64,000 nt of DNA from Phallusia mammillata. Taxonomy: Eukaryota. The DNA lies in assembly GCA_965637545.1 (NCBI GenBank), contig OZ281496.1, forward strand, positions 27,652,001 through 27,716,000, given 5' to 3'. This document shows positions 28,101-41,949 of the stretch, one piece after another. Position numbers and translations under genes: made by a program. Positions within the stretch are counted from its first letter, which is position 1. Every line of letters starts with the position of its first letter. The notes beneath the pieces were generated by a model that saw only the letters and a program-made list of their open reading frames with translations, did no database searches and had not been told where the DNA came from.

Positions 28101-30713
28101 ATATCCATCACCAACATAGCCTGTGTTACAGGAACAGCTGAATGATCCAGGTGGTACGTTCGTACATGTGGCACTTGTACTGCAGTTGTGACTTGCATCA
28201 GTACATTCGTTAATATCTTAAAATGTTTGGAAAAGATTAAACAGGTTTCAACGTAAAAATGTATCCACGACAGCAACATGTATTTGTTTTACACGATTTT
28301 TGGCATGCTTCAATTGCACAGTTGAGTCAACAATGTGGTATTATTGGTACGTCAAACGAAACGTATTTCAGAAGACTCCCTCATATTATAAATCAAATTT
28401 GCGTATCGTATTACAGTTCCTTACCTGAGCACGTAACACCGTCTCCACTATAGCCACTGTTGCATGCGCAAGAAAATGTGCCGGCTAAGTTGGTGCAAAC
28501 ACCATTGGTTGAACAATCGTTTGTTCCCTCAGAACACTCGTCAATGTCTAAAGTAAAATCAGCCAGTAATTCTTAACCTGTTTTTTCCTCAAAATATTTG
28601 CTTTTCAAATGTTTAAATGCCTATTGAAAATATATGTATCTACAAAACGACCACATTTTGTTCTGATTGGTTACCTAAAACACGCTATTTAACAATAAAA
28701 CAATATATTGAACAAATCTATGTATGCGCGTAGAAATGGAACCTTACCTGTACATGTTATTGGGGTTGCAGCTTCGTTAATCACAAAACCGCTGTTGCAA
28801 ATACAAGTGTACGAGCCATCGGTGTTCTGGCAAGCGCCATTTCCGCCACAGTCATATCCAAAATCTCTGCACTCGTCAAGTTCTGAAAATAAAGCAATTC
28901 ACATTTAACAAAAAAATAATACTGATAACTGTCGCTATACTTTATCAATGTTACGGTGCTGTCATTGTGCTTTAAAATAAACTCTTTTATGAGGTTTCGT
29001 TTCTGTGCGTGCTGTATAGGTAGTCCTGTATAGGTGGATTATGCCTATTGCTGTTTAAGGGAGTAATATGATGATGTGTCATTTTACCTTCGCAGTGCGT
29101 TCCATTTCCAGTGTTTCCAGTGGTGCAGTCGCAAATGTAACTCCCAGCTGTGTTAGTGCATTCAGCTAAGGTGTGGCAGGTGTTCAAGCTTGGGTCAGCG
29201 CACTCATTTATATCTGACAAAAAGCAAGTAAAATCAGTTTGTAGACATTGGCTTCATTGCTACTACGCTATATGCCACCTAAAGCTTAAGTCATTAGGAT
29301 TTTACGTTTTACGCGTTTTTAAATGCTTGCAGGAGTGAATGCAGCTGCTGGAGTGTATTTCATACATACTCGTTTTTTCAAGTCACCAGTTCAGTCTATG
29401 CTTGACTGTATTTTCTTACCTGTACAAATTTTGTCCGCTGACAGTTCGTAGCCCCGTGTGCAAGTGCATGTGTAAGATCCGGGAGAGTTCGTGCAAACGT
29501 CAGTCTGGTCCCCGCATACCGTGGAGTTTGTGCATTCATCAATGTCTGTAAAATAAAAAAGTGCAGTTATTACAAGGGTTTATGGTCATGAAAAAGTGAA
29601 ATTGGTGCATTGTTTATCAGAATATGGGATCAACTGGTAAACATTTACCCAAATTCCACCCTGGAATTCGACTCGATAGGAATTTTATTGAAGTGTAATA
29701 AAGAATAAAAGAAAACTAGTTGCAAATCAGAAATAATAATTCTCACAGAAATCAAATGAAAAATTCTTACCAGGACAATTCGTTCCATCTGGAATCAATA
29801 CATGTTCTGGTCTGTACGTTTGCGTACTGGCTGTTTGGTTAAATCCGGCCAAGCATTTGCATTGTACCAACGACTCTCCGAGGTCTGTGCAGTCAGCGTT
29901 GTCATGACAGGGATGGAAATTGGTCAGACAAACATCAGCAACTGTAAAATATGACAAAAACGTATGTTTGTGCAAATTTACCATAAAACAACTACTCCTT
30001 TGGTTCTAATAGTTTCCAAATGGAATTTGACATTCCATGTGCAAAACATTAAACAATCATCCAAGGAAATGTCCTAGATTCACTAACGTTCAGACAAATG
30101 GCAAACTTTTTTCACATAGTTTACCCTTGACTATAGTCAAGCGAAAAACCTGAACTGCGCGTAATTACAATTATTCAACAAATAACAGATTTGAATATCT
30201 CAACAACTTACAAAACATTTGTATGTTTGACTTAAACTTACTTCCGATTTGATTTGCAACATCAATAGCACGGTTTCGTGCTGTGATTGCTACTGTGAGA
30301 TTGAAGTAAACATTGTATTCAACGGCAGAAACGAACTCCAGGGCTGTGCCATTGCCTTCCTCTGGAGGCACTGTAGCTGTAACGTTGTAAACAACGAAAA
30401 CTGCAACGACAAAAACTTTTGTAAACGCAGCCAATGTTGAGTTTCACAACGGACACCAATACTAAACGCAGTGTTTAACAAGTCAAAAAATCCGCAACAT
30501 ATCACTTGACGTTTAGTCAAAAGACTGCTTTTTCATGAAATTTTGAGGAAATGCTTTTGTCGTTTGCGTCAATAGAAATCTTATACACGACTCCTATACA
30601 AAAGCACTACTAAGTCCTGTAAACTCCTTACCAGCGTTTGGATCCACGCCAAGGCCATAATCGAACAAGATCACAAGGCCAACGATAATTTGACTTATTA
30701 ACTTCAATAACAT
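19186..30713 (-). CDS. Paralog D: signal peptide + head module + 21 EGF-like (mostly cbEGF) domains + hydrophobic tail (~988 aa)
   Basis: 23 phase-1 exons: 30632-30713 ([27 protein letters not shown]), 30242-30400, 29771-29941, 29420-29545, 29088-29213, 28748-28882, 28425-28547, 28091-28216, 27701-27826, 27508-27630, 26972-27097, 26764-26886, 26349-26471, 25881-26003, 25207-25332, 24704-24823, 24321-24446, 23719-23862, 23201-23326, 20738-20860, 20290-20409, 19789-19911, 19186-19352 (...[22 protein letters not shown]). Sum 2967 nt, divisible by 3. Confidence 0.88.
20503..20600 (+). mobile_element. 5'-truncated copy of the tRNA-derived repeat
   Basis: CTGTCGTGGGTACGAATCCCACCACAGGC followed by CATATGG...GAATGCTTG...GACCG, which also follows the 18566-18638 copy. 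Confidence 0.6.
21420..21600 (+). mobile_element. Possible Penelope-like element remnant with hammerhead-like core
   Basis: CTGATGA-T-GGCA-tgagcatt-TGCC-GAA-ACGT-T at 21509-21540, followed by AATAAA. Confidence 0.5.
22460..22880. mobile_element. hAT-type MITE in a D intron
   Basis: TIRs CAGTGGTTCCCAAAC / GTTTGGGAACCGCTG; perfect TSD ATTTAGCC. Confidence 0.9.
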
Positions 30714-33303
30714 TTTGGTCGTACTGCTAAAATCCACCTCTGTAAAATCTCTCCTGCAGTTTCCTGAAAATCAATGCTGTTTACGGCTTAGTGAAAGGTG
30801 GAACTGAATTCTCACTTCTGTGGTCTAAAGGTAAGTTCACATTGAAAGCGCGATTATGGAATTTCTACTAATTAATTAACCATACGCGGCTACGTTTCGC
30901 ACAGGTGCTGAAGAAAGGGCAGTTTTATTGTGTCGTCATTGTGGTTATGAACAGTCTCGTACATACCGAAGCTATAAAAGCGATTCAATACCACATTACT
31001 TCATTTAGATTTCAATTTGCTCGAGTGTAACAGTAATGCACAACAGCAAAATACCTTTACATCAACGAAATCATGGTTTTAAATTCCGCCAGTCCAACCG
31101 TTTGCAAAGGAATGTGTCTTGCAAAAGTTTCTGAAGTTGCTGTTTCCGCAAGTCGCCGCAAAAAATCTCTAAACATTTTGCACAACAAATATATACGAAT
31201 ATTAGTTGCATTGAAATGTTAATGGTGGTTAAACTACGTCGCATCACAACGCACAGCAAGTGTAGGTAAGATATTACGCAACAGCGGCAACCTAAACAAG
31301 AGAGGTAGGCTTTATGCGCCATCTGTTGGAGACGAATTAACCTGCCAATTTCGCTTTATAAGGGTCTGGACAAGTGACAAAGCTTAACAATTATTTGGGC
31401 CACACAATGCTTCAGACGTTAGAGTTTAGTTAAATGTCAACTGTAGCATTATGACATGGCTTTTTTCGCTAGAAGGTTTTTTAATTGTGATTTAACGAAG
31501 TTGGAATGCTTATATAGCAGAGTTATGTTATCACATATGTTGCGGGGCAGCAAACTTCTAAACATAGGTTCAAATATTATTAAACACAGCGACACTGTGA
31601 AACACATAAACCAACCGTATTCAGTATGCTTTCAAGACAGCAAAGTAAACTTGCATCCTTTCGTGAATCGACCTTCAGGTCATTTCCAACATTGTGGTAA
31701 ACTCCTCAGAATTTTGAGTCAACACATAAAAACAGGTAACAGGACAACCTCTCTGAGCCGAGCCACTGCAATTTAAAGTGTTTGATGAGTTTGTTTACAG
31801 GCTATAACTAAGCTTAGTTTTGTATTTTGATTGCAAGATATGATATCTTACCTTTGCCACATACATTCCGTAACCAGTGTTTCCGACAATGCAAATAAAC
31901 AACAATAACATCCAGTTATAGTGTGTACTTAATCAAATGACTTCAATATACCCATTGTCACCTAACAGAAGTACATGTATTAACTACAAAACAACATAAG
32001 CACCATCAGCTGCTGTTAAATGCTGTTAGAAAGGAGCAAGTGAAGTCAGGAAGATTAACAAAAAGCGTTTGTTGCCTAAATCCGTTCAAAACGTGGAAGC
32101 CTGAAACCCCAATCAGCTGATTTGTGTTTTAGCGCGTTTTTCGAACGTAAAAAACGTCACAAACGTTCTTTCTTTGTTGCGCAAAGTAGTCTGGAGAGCT
32201 GGGCGCATTTGCTGGAAAGCATTTGTTGAAAGTAAAGGCTGTCTTTAACACCCTGTTTTACTGAATTACAGTTTTAAGAGCATAAAAAACTAAAATAGGG
32301 AACTAATGGCAGCCGAAAAGATGTTGGTTTAGATTGTGAAGGATTACAATTAAAACGAAGATATCGGTAAGTTTGGTAGTTGTAAGCTAATTTTTATTTT
32401 TTTTTGGCTTCTTGTAACTAAAAGTGTGATTGCTTTGTTAGACAATAGATAATGAAGTAACAACAAAACCTATTGTTGCGCAGCAGAAAGTACTGACAGC
32501 TTAATCGAGTTTGACAAAGTTTAAGCCTAATTATGTCTTGTCAGTCTATGTCGCCATTTTGTAAATTTCAACCTGCATCAAAATTGCAATGCGGTTTTAT
32601 TTTACAAAATAACATAGTGAGTGGCATTTTACTGTTTCATGCTTTATAGTTATTGCTCATGGAAATAAATTAGTTCCTGCAAATACATTTTTGCTTGTGC
32701 TTGTTCATTTAACACGCTTACCTTGATTAGTTAGAGAAGAACTTTTACTCCAGTTTAAGTTGGCCGTGTTGGTTTTGGTTTGCTAACATATGTTCATAGG
32801 CTGGAATAGGATTTAGCAAAAAACAAACAGCACGTTAGTAGATGAAAACAGTGAAGTTTAAATAATCCCTACTGCCTGAAAATCAGAACTTCTAAAAACG
32901 AAAAATCTGTATACCTGTAAACAAATACCTGTAAAATATTTTTAATTGCCGCCGTTGTGTGGCGGTTGGTTAATCTTGTAGTTGTAAAGAGAGGTTTATT
33001 GGTAAATTTTACTAGTGTTTAATACAACCTACTTTAATTCTTAAAAACACACACATTTAAAATACTTACTAGTAATATAGTTGTGCTTGTGAAAGGAGTT
33101 CCAGCTTGTTTTCAGAAATTGTATTTTGTCAGGTGTGGTTAGCGTGTAAGGTGTGGGTAGAGATGCTGGGTTTTAACAATTTCGTGTTTGTTTGGTTTCA
33201 GTCGTTTGTGTCTTTTGTGGCCAAATTCAATGTTGTTAACGTACAGTATGTTGAGGTGCTGTTATACGCATTTAGTACGGTACCTGTTTGTAGGCCTACT
33301 TAC

Positions 33304-36129
33304 ATGTACAGCTAAAGCTGTCAAAAGTAGAGAAGTTGTGGCATGAGCATGAAAAACTTCCCACAAGGTTGACACAAGTGGACTCGGAAAAGCAATTGTC
33401 CTTACCAGTAGCGCATTCGTTAATATCTACGCCAAATAAGATATATGTAAGTGTGTTTTACCTTTCTATGCTGGTCAGCCCTTTTATAATTTGCGTTTTT
33501 TAGTTACTACTCTACGTAAGATCGAGAACATACTTTTTATTTAATTGCTACAACAGTCTATTAGCAGTAAATAGCCATCTTGTTGCCTATACTGACCCAC
33601 ACAGGTGGATCCGTTCTCGACAAAGCCGTCGTTGCAAATACATGCCAGACTTCCATTGTTGTTTCTGCAAGTCGCATTTTCATTGCATTTTTCACTTTCT
33701 TCCAAGGTACAATTATCCGACGCTGTTCTGTAAATATTTTATTAATGACAGTGAACACTTTCCGACAATGAATTTTAGCATAATTTAAGCAAAATAAACA
33801 TCTTAATTAAAGCTTCATAAAATTATTTAAACGTTGCTCACAGGTTTGCAGGAGTTGCGTTGAAAGTTGCGTTTAGTGAAATTGGGATAATGCATGACAC
33901 GGAATAGGTGGATTGTGCTCCAACGGTTTTCGTTGCCCGTCCGTGGTTAGTCAAGTTCCAGTAGGTGGACATGTGAGTTGTGTTCGACTGCAACAAAACA
34001 TCTCATATATTTCACGCACGTAATTTTGAATGCTTTTGTCAGTTAAGTTGTTGTATATTTTTCTTGGTAAAAATTATTACTTAAACACCAAAAACATTTT
34101 ATTCTCGAAATTGCGAGTTAAAGTCAGAAGTTATTAAACGGTAACTTACGTCAGTGAGTCCGTCGCAACTTCCGCTAAACTTCCAGTAACCAGATCCATC
34201 GTCAGTTCCACTGCATGATCCCAATGTTATTGCGCTAACGTTGGTAACACCGTTGTTTGCAAAGAAACTGCTTAGTGCCCAAACTTCCACACGGTCGGAG
34301 AAGCAAGTAAAGTTGACTGGTTGAGCTGTAAACACAACAGCCTGTTGTATTTGATGTGGGTGTGTGTTCTGTCCGACTAATACTTCGATTAGCTTCTGAT
34401 GGACGCCTTAGGTTTAAGTGCTATATTTATTGGTAATTTTATCATGTTTGAATAGCTGAACTCAAAATGATTTCTGGTGGTCTGTTTGTTTAATTCCAAA
34501 AAATAGTCGAAAATCTAAAATCGGAAAGTACTAGAATTTACCTACCAATGATGTTGTCTCTTGGACTTAATTTACAGCCTGAAAATTAAAACTCACAGCA
34601 AATTGTTCCGTTTACTCCGTTTGTGGATTGGTCGACTAAAGAGCTTGGACACGCGCAAGTGAAACTTCCGTTCGTGTTTTCGCAACTTGCTGACAATGAA
34701 CAGTTTCCGTAATTTGTCAAACATTCGTTATAATCTAGTGGAGAAAAAATGTTTAATTCTTGACAGCAGTAGAAATTCTGACGGTCCTTTTAAATCAGTG
34801 GTACTTTACATTTTGCAAGATTTTTTTTGCAAGATCAAGATTTTAAAATGTTTCCTTGTATACCTCTTGCTGCTTACAATAACTGACAAGAGTAAGCCGA
34901 ATTGTAGTTATAAAAATGAAATTCACAAGAAAAACGATTAGTGTTTTTACCCACTCAGCGGAGTTGTTTATGTTTAATTCGAAGATTATTCTCATACTAA
35001 ACTTATACATACTAAGCATTTACTATTTTTCCATAACTTAAATCAAATAGCCACACCATATCTCGTACCCCCGGTTTTGAATTGCTTCAATGTTAGCTTT
35101 CTTTCTTGTCTTTTTAAATAATTGCAAATTTGGTCAATTATATGTCTTAACAACCTACCATCACCATGAAATCCGATCAGTCTTATTGACCCTATTGTAG
35201 GATTCCTGATCAAAACGGTGAATTGATCCGCATTGTGGGTTGTTTGATTAAATGAAACTGTTGCGATGACTTGCCTTATTGGATCGCTTAACACTCTTTC
35301 AGCAGTAACTTCGAAAGTGTTGTATGATAGATGGGTGGTTATTGAAATTACCTCAATAAATTCCATGATCTACAAAGTTAAAAATAAATCTCTCTAATAC
35401 CAGAAAATTTTATTTTTATTTGTGTTATCGTACATTTAGATAACCAGTGCTTTGTGTTACAACGTGAACGTACATACATAGTCTGGAAGCAAAATCTTAC
35501 CACAAGTTCATGAATAGCAATTGAAAATGCATGAGTCGGATGGGGATTAAAAAAACTTGGAAGTGAGAACACTGCACGGTAGTCGTAGTCATGTTGCGCA
35601 GCTGAAAAAAAATCCTTAAACTTTTAATCCTAAGGAAACCAATGTTTATGAATATACAAAAGTTTATTATTGACATGTCACTTTATACTATCTGCATGTA
35701 TGTTCCAGCTTTCAATAGAACCTAGGTTCTATTAAAGCAGGTCAGGGGCAACGAAACTTTTTTCACAGCGGTCCAGATATTTAATATTAAAAGCGATTGC
35801 CTTATGGCTTATGAACCCTAACGCATCCTTTCATAAACTGGAAATCGCAAAATGATTTTTAAATCGCTACATATTTTCGGACGCATTGTTTGCTTCCTAT
35901 AACGATAACTTATATATTACGCACAATACAGATTTCATGTTGTAGAGTAGATGGACAATACAAAAGGGTTTTGTTGTTTCAGATATTTTATTTTGACGAG
36001 TTCGTGTTTGGCCGACAGTACACAATGTTACCGGAAACTGTAAACGTCACCTGCATGAGAAAGCATCATAGCCAATCCAAGTCCAGCCACTGCCGCTTGA
36101 ACTGCCACCAGCAAAAAGGTACGTTGCAT
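33304..36129 (-). CDS. Paralog F: signal peptide + SEA-like + cbEGF + ZP-N-like + 2 EGF; 3' end unresolved
   Basis: Exons 36051-36129 (MQRTFLLVAVQAAVAGLGLAMMLSHA), 35501-35601, 35159-35369, 34597-34734, 34150-34325, 33842-33987, 33597-33727, 33304-33426. Phases chain 1-0-1-1-0-2-1-1 without stops. No convincing terminal exon found. Confidence 0.78.
33842..34325 (-). other. ZP-N-like domain in F
   Basis: Homolog of the B module: [19 protein letters not shown]...LGSCSG...GSCDGLTD|SNTTHMSTYWNLTN...YSVSCIIP. Confidence 0.6.
35159..35601 (-). other. Divergent SEA-like domain in F
   Basis: DYDYRAVFSL...|IMEFIEVISITTHLSYNTFEVTAERVLSDPIRQVIATVSFNQTTHNADQFTVLIRN; same exon phases as the A/B modules. 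Confidence 0.55.
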
Positions 36130-38990
36130 CTTAATAGGCCTCTAGTTTTTTGTTAAAAAAAATCGATCTGCAAAGAACATGAACATGATCTTCTTATTCT
36201 TCTAACTTATTCTCCTCATAATCACTATACACGTACTTTCTCTTCTTGGCAGTAAACACTACAGATGATTTTAGAGTACTTTTTAAAAATGCTGACCATT
36301 CTTTTGGTACGTTAGGTTCAAAATGCTACTAAAAGCTAACTTTTCTGTCATTGTATACATCGCTTTTTGAAGCATTGTCAAATCACAAAAAAGGTCCACC
36401 TCTTTTATTTTGCTACTCTTACATCGGCGCAACTGGAATTAGACCACAATCTGTGCTTTGCGTGATCAAATTGCCTTTTTCTTGTTGTATGTGATGTAAA
36501 TACTGTAAAGATTCGATTGAGCTGAATATATGGACGGAATGTTCGTTTCGTAAAAGTTTTGTCATGCCTATCCTTCTGGGGACTTTGTGCTTTTGAGCGC
36601 GTTAAATTTAGTTTCGGGACTTGTTGAAAGTTACATGCGTTTGAAATCGTAACCCTATATGCACATCAGGACGACTGAATCTCGTTTATTTAAAGTCAGT
36701 GGTACTCGTTTTTGCGCTCTTACACCAATAAGCTTTTTAAAATACGTAACTTAATATGCACATCAGGACGGCTAAATCTTTTTTTAGTTTTTAATTTTGT
36801 TTATTCACGTTAGCTACACCATGAAGGAAGTTAAGCAAAACGTTTTTATGTCTGATCATAAGTCAACACACATATGTTGGAATTCCTTTTTCCTTAGTGC
36901 TATAAAACCCGGTTAAAGATTGATTAGCAGCATGTACTGATGTTAACAACAAGGATTGTTGGCCTCGACATTTCGACGTCTGCACTGTTATTTATAATAT
37001 AAATGCTATCTGTCCGTAATGTTCCGGATAAAGCTATGATTCAACGACTACGCAATAGTCTCATATAAAATTAATACATGCTATTTTTCAGAATTGAATC
37101 TCTCACATTTGTATTTATTGTGAAATATTTATTGTACAATGTGAAAGTGTTCATGCACAAATGCACTTCTCAACTAGATCGCAACTAATGTTGTATGCCT
37201 TTTCCAAGCCCAATTGATAATAAAAACGAAAATTTTAAAGTCGGCTAAAATCCGGAAGATGTTTTCAATACAGCTTACGAGAGTAATTTTGTTCACTTAA
37301 AAGCAAAGATTTTTTTACGAACGAATATAAAATGTAATAGAGGTACAATGCGTTCGTAATATCAGGAGGAGTCCCGGAACGACGAAGCCTGGATGACGTA
37401 GTAGAAAATCTTGTGGTAGTGACCGAAATTGGTGACGTTGTGGTAGTACCTGAAAGTGTTAACAGCCATTTATACCAAAATGACTGCGACAACAAAGGCT
37501 GTTGTTACCTAAGGATTTCAAAAAAAGGATTTCTTTTTACAAAAAAATAAAAAAAAGTTTTTAACTTTTGTTTACCTTTCGTTGTCTTGAGGTGTTGAGT
37601 GAGGCTTTGGTCCACTCGAAGTATACTGTTTAGTTTGTTTGGAATAGGGATTTTGCCCAAATCGTTTTTGATTTCTTGCTTTATGGTGTGATGTTTTTTT
37701 AGGTCATCAAGCCACAGCGGCCATGTTTACAGATAAATATAAGCTATACTTATTTACATATAAATATACACCTAACCGTGTACCATTTGTTTCAATCGAA
37801 ATTTCTGTAATGAAAACTAAAAAATGCGTTGGTGGGAGAAATAGTCCCATAAAGTTTTTTTTAAATTTGCAACTTACCCACCGATTCTTCATCTTTTTTT
37901 GCAGAAACATTTTCTTGCTCAGGCTGTTTTCCGATGAAATGTAAATTATTTTGTGTGATTACACTGGAACTAAATGCGTGTTTGTTGTACATGTTTGTAA
38001 TTTGTATGTACGGGTTGTTTCATGTATTTTTGACGTGCGAGTATTGTTGGGTTGCTGTGTTTCAATTGGTTTGTACATGACAGATTACTATATACTTACA
38101 AGTACAGCTTATGTCGCTGCCAAAATAAGCAGAGTCACAAACACAGGAAAAGTCTCCATTCAGGTTAACGCAAGTCGATAGAGGAGAACAATTGTTTAAA
38201 GTTGCGTTATCGCATTCGTTGATATCTAGAACGGCAAAAAAACGCAATAATTTACAGAAATGCTTTACCAAAATATTGAATCTGTATGTATCATACAAGT
38301 AATATTTGATGTATAAAGGTGTATGTGAAAGTGCGTGTTTTGAACGACATGTATCCTATAGCATCATTAGTTCTTCATGCCTGATAGAATGCTGCTTTAT
38401 ATCAAAAAATTAAAAAAACATTTCATTTCAAACAAAAATTGTCAAGAGATCCATACAAATCAGTATTGTTTCTGTGTAAGTAAATGAGTTAACATGGACA
38501 TACCTGTACAAGTCATACCGTCTCCCGCAAAGCCGCTATTACAAGTGCAAGTGAAACTCCCATCAGTGTTAGTGCAAGTGGCCTCGATGTTGCAGTTGTG
38601 TAGAGTTGAGTTTTCGCACTCGTTAATATCTAGAAAGACATAGTTCTAATTTTCAGCTACAGAAAGTGCTTTATCGAACTATTCAGTCCATTTACGTACC
38701 CATGCAAATCTTGTCTGTGTTAAGTTGGTATCCTGCTGTGCAGATGCATGTGTAAGATCCAACCTCGTTAATGCATGTCTTGGTAGGTGGTCCGCATGTT
38801 GTTGTGTTGCCCTCGCACTCATTGATATCTGAGAAACAACTAAGGTACAAGTCACTTCGTATTAAGGTAATTATTAAACATTTTCTCTAAACTGTGTTAT
38901 GATGGGTTGTTATGAGAAGGATTTAGCTGTGTAATTGTAAGTGGAAACGTGTTTGCGAATATAGTTTTTCTTTTTAAGCACTTTCTAAAC

Positions 38991-39035
38991 CAGTGGTTCT
39001 CAACCGGGGCCCATGGCTCCCCAGGTTGGCCACTG
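38991..39035. mobile_element. Minimal hAT MITE remnant
   Basis: CAGTGGTTCTCAACC...GGTTGGCCACTG, 45 bp; no matching TSD. Confidence 0.4.
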
Positions 39036-39998
39036 GCTGTATTCCGGCCATGTGGTATTGGCTGTTTTTTAACGTGACCTACCTGTACAAGTAACATGTC
39101 TCCACTAAACCCAGCATTACAAGCACACACAATACTTCTGTTGTTATCTGTGCATGTGGAGTTGACGTCACAGTTGTTCAAGGTGTGCTGTTCCCGCATT
39201 CTTTAATATCTAATCAAAAAAGCAAGTCCCATTGGTATCTCACCATACCCCACATTAAAACACCCACTTGTGCAAATTTTGGCCGGGTTAAGTTGAAACT
39301 CTGCTGTGCAGTTGCATGTGTAAGATCCAATTTTGTTGGTACATGATTCGGTTTCAGGTCCACATACTGTTGTGTTTCCATGGCACTCGTCAATATCTGA
39401 TAAAAAGAAATCTTTGCAAACAAACTAACTTGTCAACCATCGGCGCGTAATTAAATGTACTTGCCCTAATTTTTTTGTCAGTAAATTAAGGCAGCTAAAT
39501 GATTGCATTTAAACTAGAATGCAGGACATTGATCACAGGCATTTTTAGCACTGAAATCAGTTGAATCTGTACTTTAGTTGTGTACCTTTACAAGTAAACG
39601 GATCCATTGTCGTATTTTGTAGGAAACCTTCGTCACATACACATGTATTGAAACCGATGCTATTAACACAAGTTCCGTTTGGCCCACAGTCGTATCCTGT
39701 ATCTACACACTCACTCAAATCTACAAAAAGAAATTGTCAAAGAAATGACAAACTGCTTTAAAATATATAACAAGTGGCACACTAAAACGGCATTGCAAAC
39801 GTTTGAAGTTGGTACAGGGACCACGATCGTCGTTTTTTTGGTTACCTGTGCAATTTATGCCACTCCCCATGTAGCCAGTGTTGCACGCGCATATGAAACT
39901 CCCAACGGTGTTGATACACATTGCATTCATGTCACAAATGTCGGTTCCAGCCAAGCATTCATCGATGTCTGAATAATTTACAGATGTATAGCTTAGAT

Positions 39999-40455
39999 CA
40001 GGGCTACTCAAACTTTCTTGCTCAGCGACCCCATTTTAGCACAGAAATTTCTACGAGACCCCTTGATGGGTATGCAAAGAAATACTTATATTTTAAATAC
40101 ATACCATTTAATGGCACCTAAAAAGTCTAAATTAATATCTAACTTGATACACAGTCTTAGTTTTTATGACGTCATAATCTCTGGTGTGACGCTTGTGTTA
40201 TCTGCCATTTTGCATTGTTTGCACTCAATAGGCATAAAAAAGTCTAGCGCATATGGTTGCTAGGCTTGTAATACTCTTTTTAAGTTCTACAAAATAAGTT
40301 TAGAGCAGTTTAAATAGACGGGAATGATGTTTAAACAATAAATGTACGCACGTATACCATTTACTGTGACTGACATAACCCATAATGTTTCGCGACCCCA
40401 AAATTTTATTACGCGACCTCAATTGGGGTCGCAACCCACAGTTTGAGAAGCCCTG
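39999..40455. mobile_element. hAT-type MITE in a C intron
   Basis: TIRs CAGGGCTACTCAAACT / AGTTTGAGAAGCCCTG; perfect TSD GCTTAGAT. Confidence 0.9.
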
Positions 40456-41949
40456 GCTTAGATCACGGAACGTAAAATTGTTTCATAACAAAGGTGGATT
40501 GTTGCCTTACCAACACATGTCAATGGGTCTACGGTTCCTTTCACTTTGTAACCGGCGTCACAGTTACAAGTATAAGAACCGACTTTGTCGACGCAAGTCC
40601 CGTGTGGGCTGCAATTGTATCCAAAATCCACGCATTCTTCAAAATCTGTACAATTGATTTGTATTTTTTTAACAAGCAATTTTAAAAAATGTTTCTTAAT
40701 TTCCAGTTACTCTGAACAAACCAAGTTCTTTGTTTCAAAGCACGCGTTTTAGCCTTACCTGCACATGTTACTCCATCACCAGTAAAGCCAGAATTGCACA
40801 TGCAAGTAAAAAAACCCTCCAGTGTTTTCGCAACTGGCATTGGCGTGGCAGTTGTTTAAAGTAGCGTCTGTACATTCGTCAATGTCTTCTACAAGTAACA
40901 AAATAGTTGCCATTTTCTTTTCGACAATTCCACAATTATTAGTGTAAGTGCTTTACCGACCTTCGCAAACCTTTGTCACGGTGAGTTCGTATCCTGTCCT
41001 ACAAATGCAAGTGAAAGATCCAATAGTGTTTGTGCAGAAAGCAGTTTGCGGCCCGCATACCGAAAAGTTTCCAGCGCACTCATCAATATCTGTAAAATAA
41101 GAATAAGCGTTTAAATCGCTTTGTAATGTTTCAAGTTTTTAGAATGCAATAAAAAGGATAATTAGTTATTTGAATGTCCAATCGAATTTCTTTTGTGTAG
41201 AAATAAACGTCACAATTTGTGTATTAATATGTTAACGTTATACTGTGTTGTTTTCTGCATAAAAAACATAACATCTGCTATTTTCTTACCCAAGCATGTT
41301 GTTTCTGGTGGCACGCATCGTTGCCGCAAGGGTGGAGTGTCGTAGAGCAAATGTCCGTCACTGCAATAATATTAAATTATTGTACCGGGCCTTTTTCGCG
41401 CTATAAAACTGGTTGAAAAATGAATACAAAGCATTTTATAACTTTAACCTACATAAGGTTTTATATACCCAACCGCTCTTGTACAAAATAATTAGAAATA
41501 TGAACAACAAACATGCTTACCCGCATTGGTGTCAATCTGAGCTGAGATGCAGCTAATCAAGGCCGCGCAGAACAAGGCAAGAAAAATCATAGACTCCATA
41601 ACCTTTTGTGCTTTTAAAACTCGGTAGCCTTGGCGAAAAAATAAATAATGCTTTAACTATTTTAACATAAACCTGACTGCAATAAGGTTTTATACCACAT
41701 ATAAATGTGATGTCAGTTGTTCACATTTTCTGCTGAACCTGGTCTAAATAAGACAGCACCTCGTTTGACCAAATTTGATACATACTCCCGAGTTTTTATT
41801 TACATGGGCGCATTATTTTAACAGTTGCTTTCCTCTTGCTTTGGTATTCCTTCACATTATCCTAATTGTCAAAAACCCGTCCACTACTTTTTTTGCTAGT
41901 GTTGTCTACAAACAACACTATACCTTTGTACACCGTCGCCGTTAAAGTT

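Larger units (their letters stand above)
37707..41599 (-). pseudogene. Paralog C: disrupted copy closely related to A and B
   Basis: Intact signal exon 41521-41599 (MESMIFLALFCAALISCISAQIDTNA); head exon absent. Exon 41290-41360 is 71 nt versus 162 in A/B (91-nt deletion, frameshift). Exon 40759-40885 has +1 nt in a T run. Exon 39083-39209 has +2/-1 indels and an in-frame TGA. Other EGF exons intact: ~40958-41089, 40511-40645, 39846-39968, 39586-39720, 39268-39396, 38700-38828, 38504-38629, 38100-38225. Confidence 0.75.

Noticed and set aside
33406-33426. 21-nt micro-exon DINECAT ending at GTAAGG
   Set aside because: The frame continues as a complete 123-nt EGF exon to a GTAAGT donor at 33304; at most a cryptic donor.
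34546-34578. 33-nt AG/GT-bounded mini-exon in F
   Set aside because: It would require an 18-nt intron, too short to splice.
37265-37495. Thr/Ser-rich ORF downstream of C, with a homolog near 42840-42930
   Set aside because: It lies beyond the likelier stop and has no phase-compatible acceptor that I could support; may be 3' UTR.
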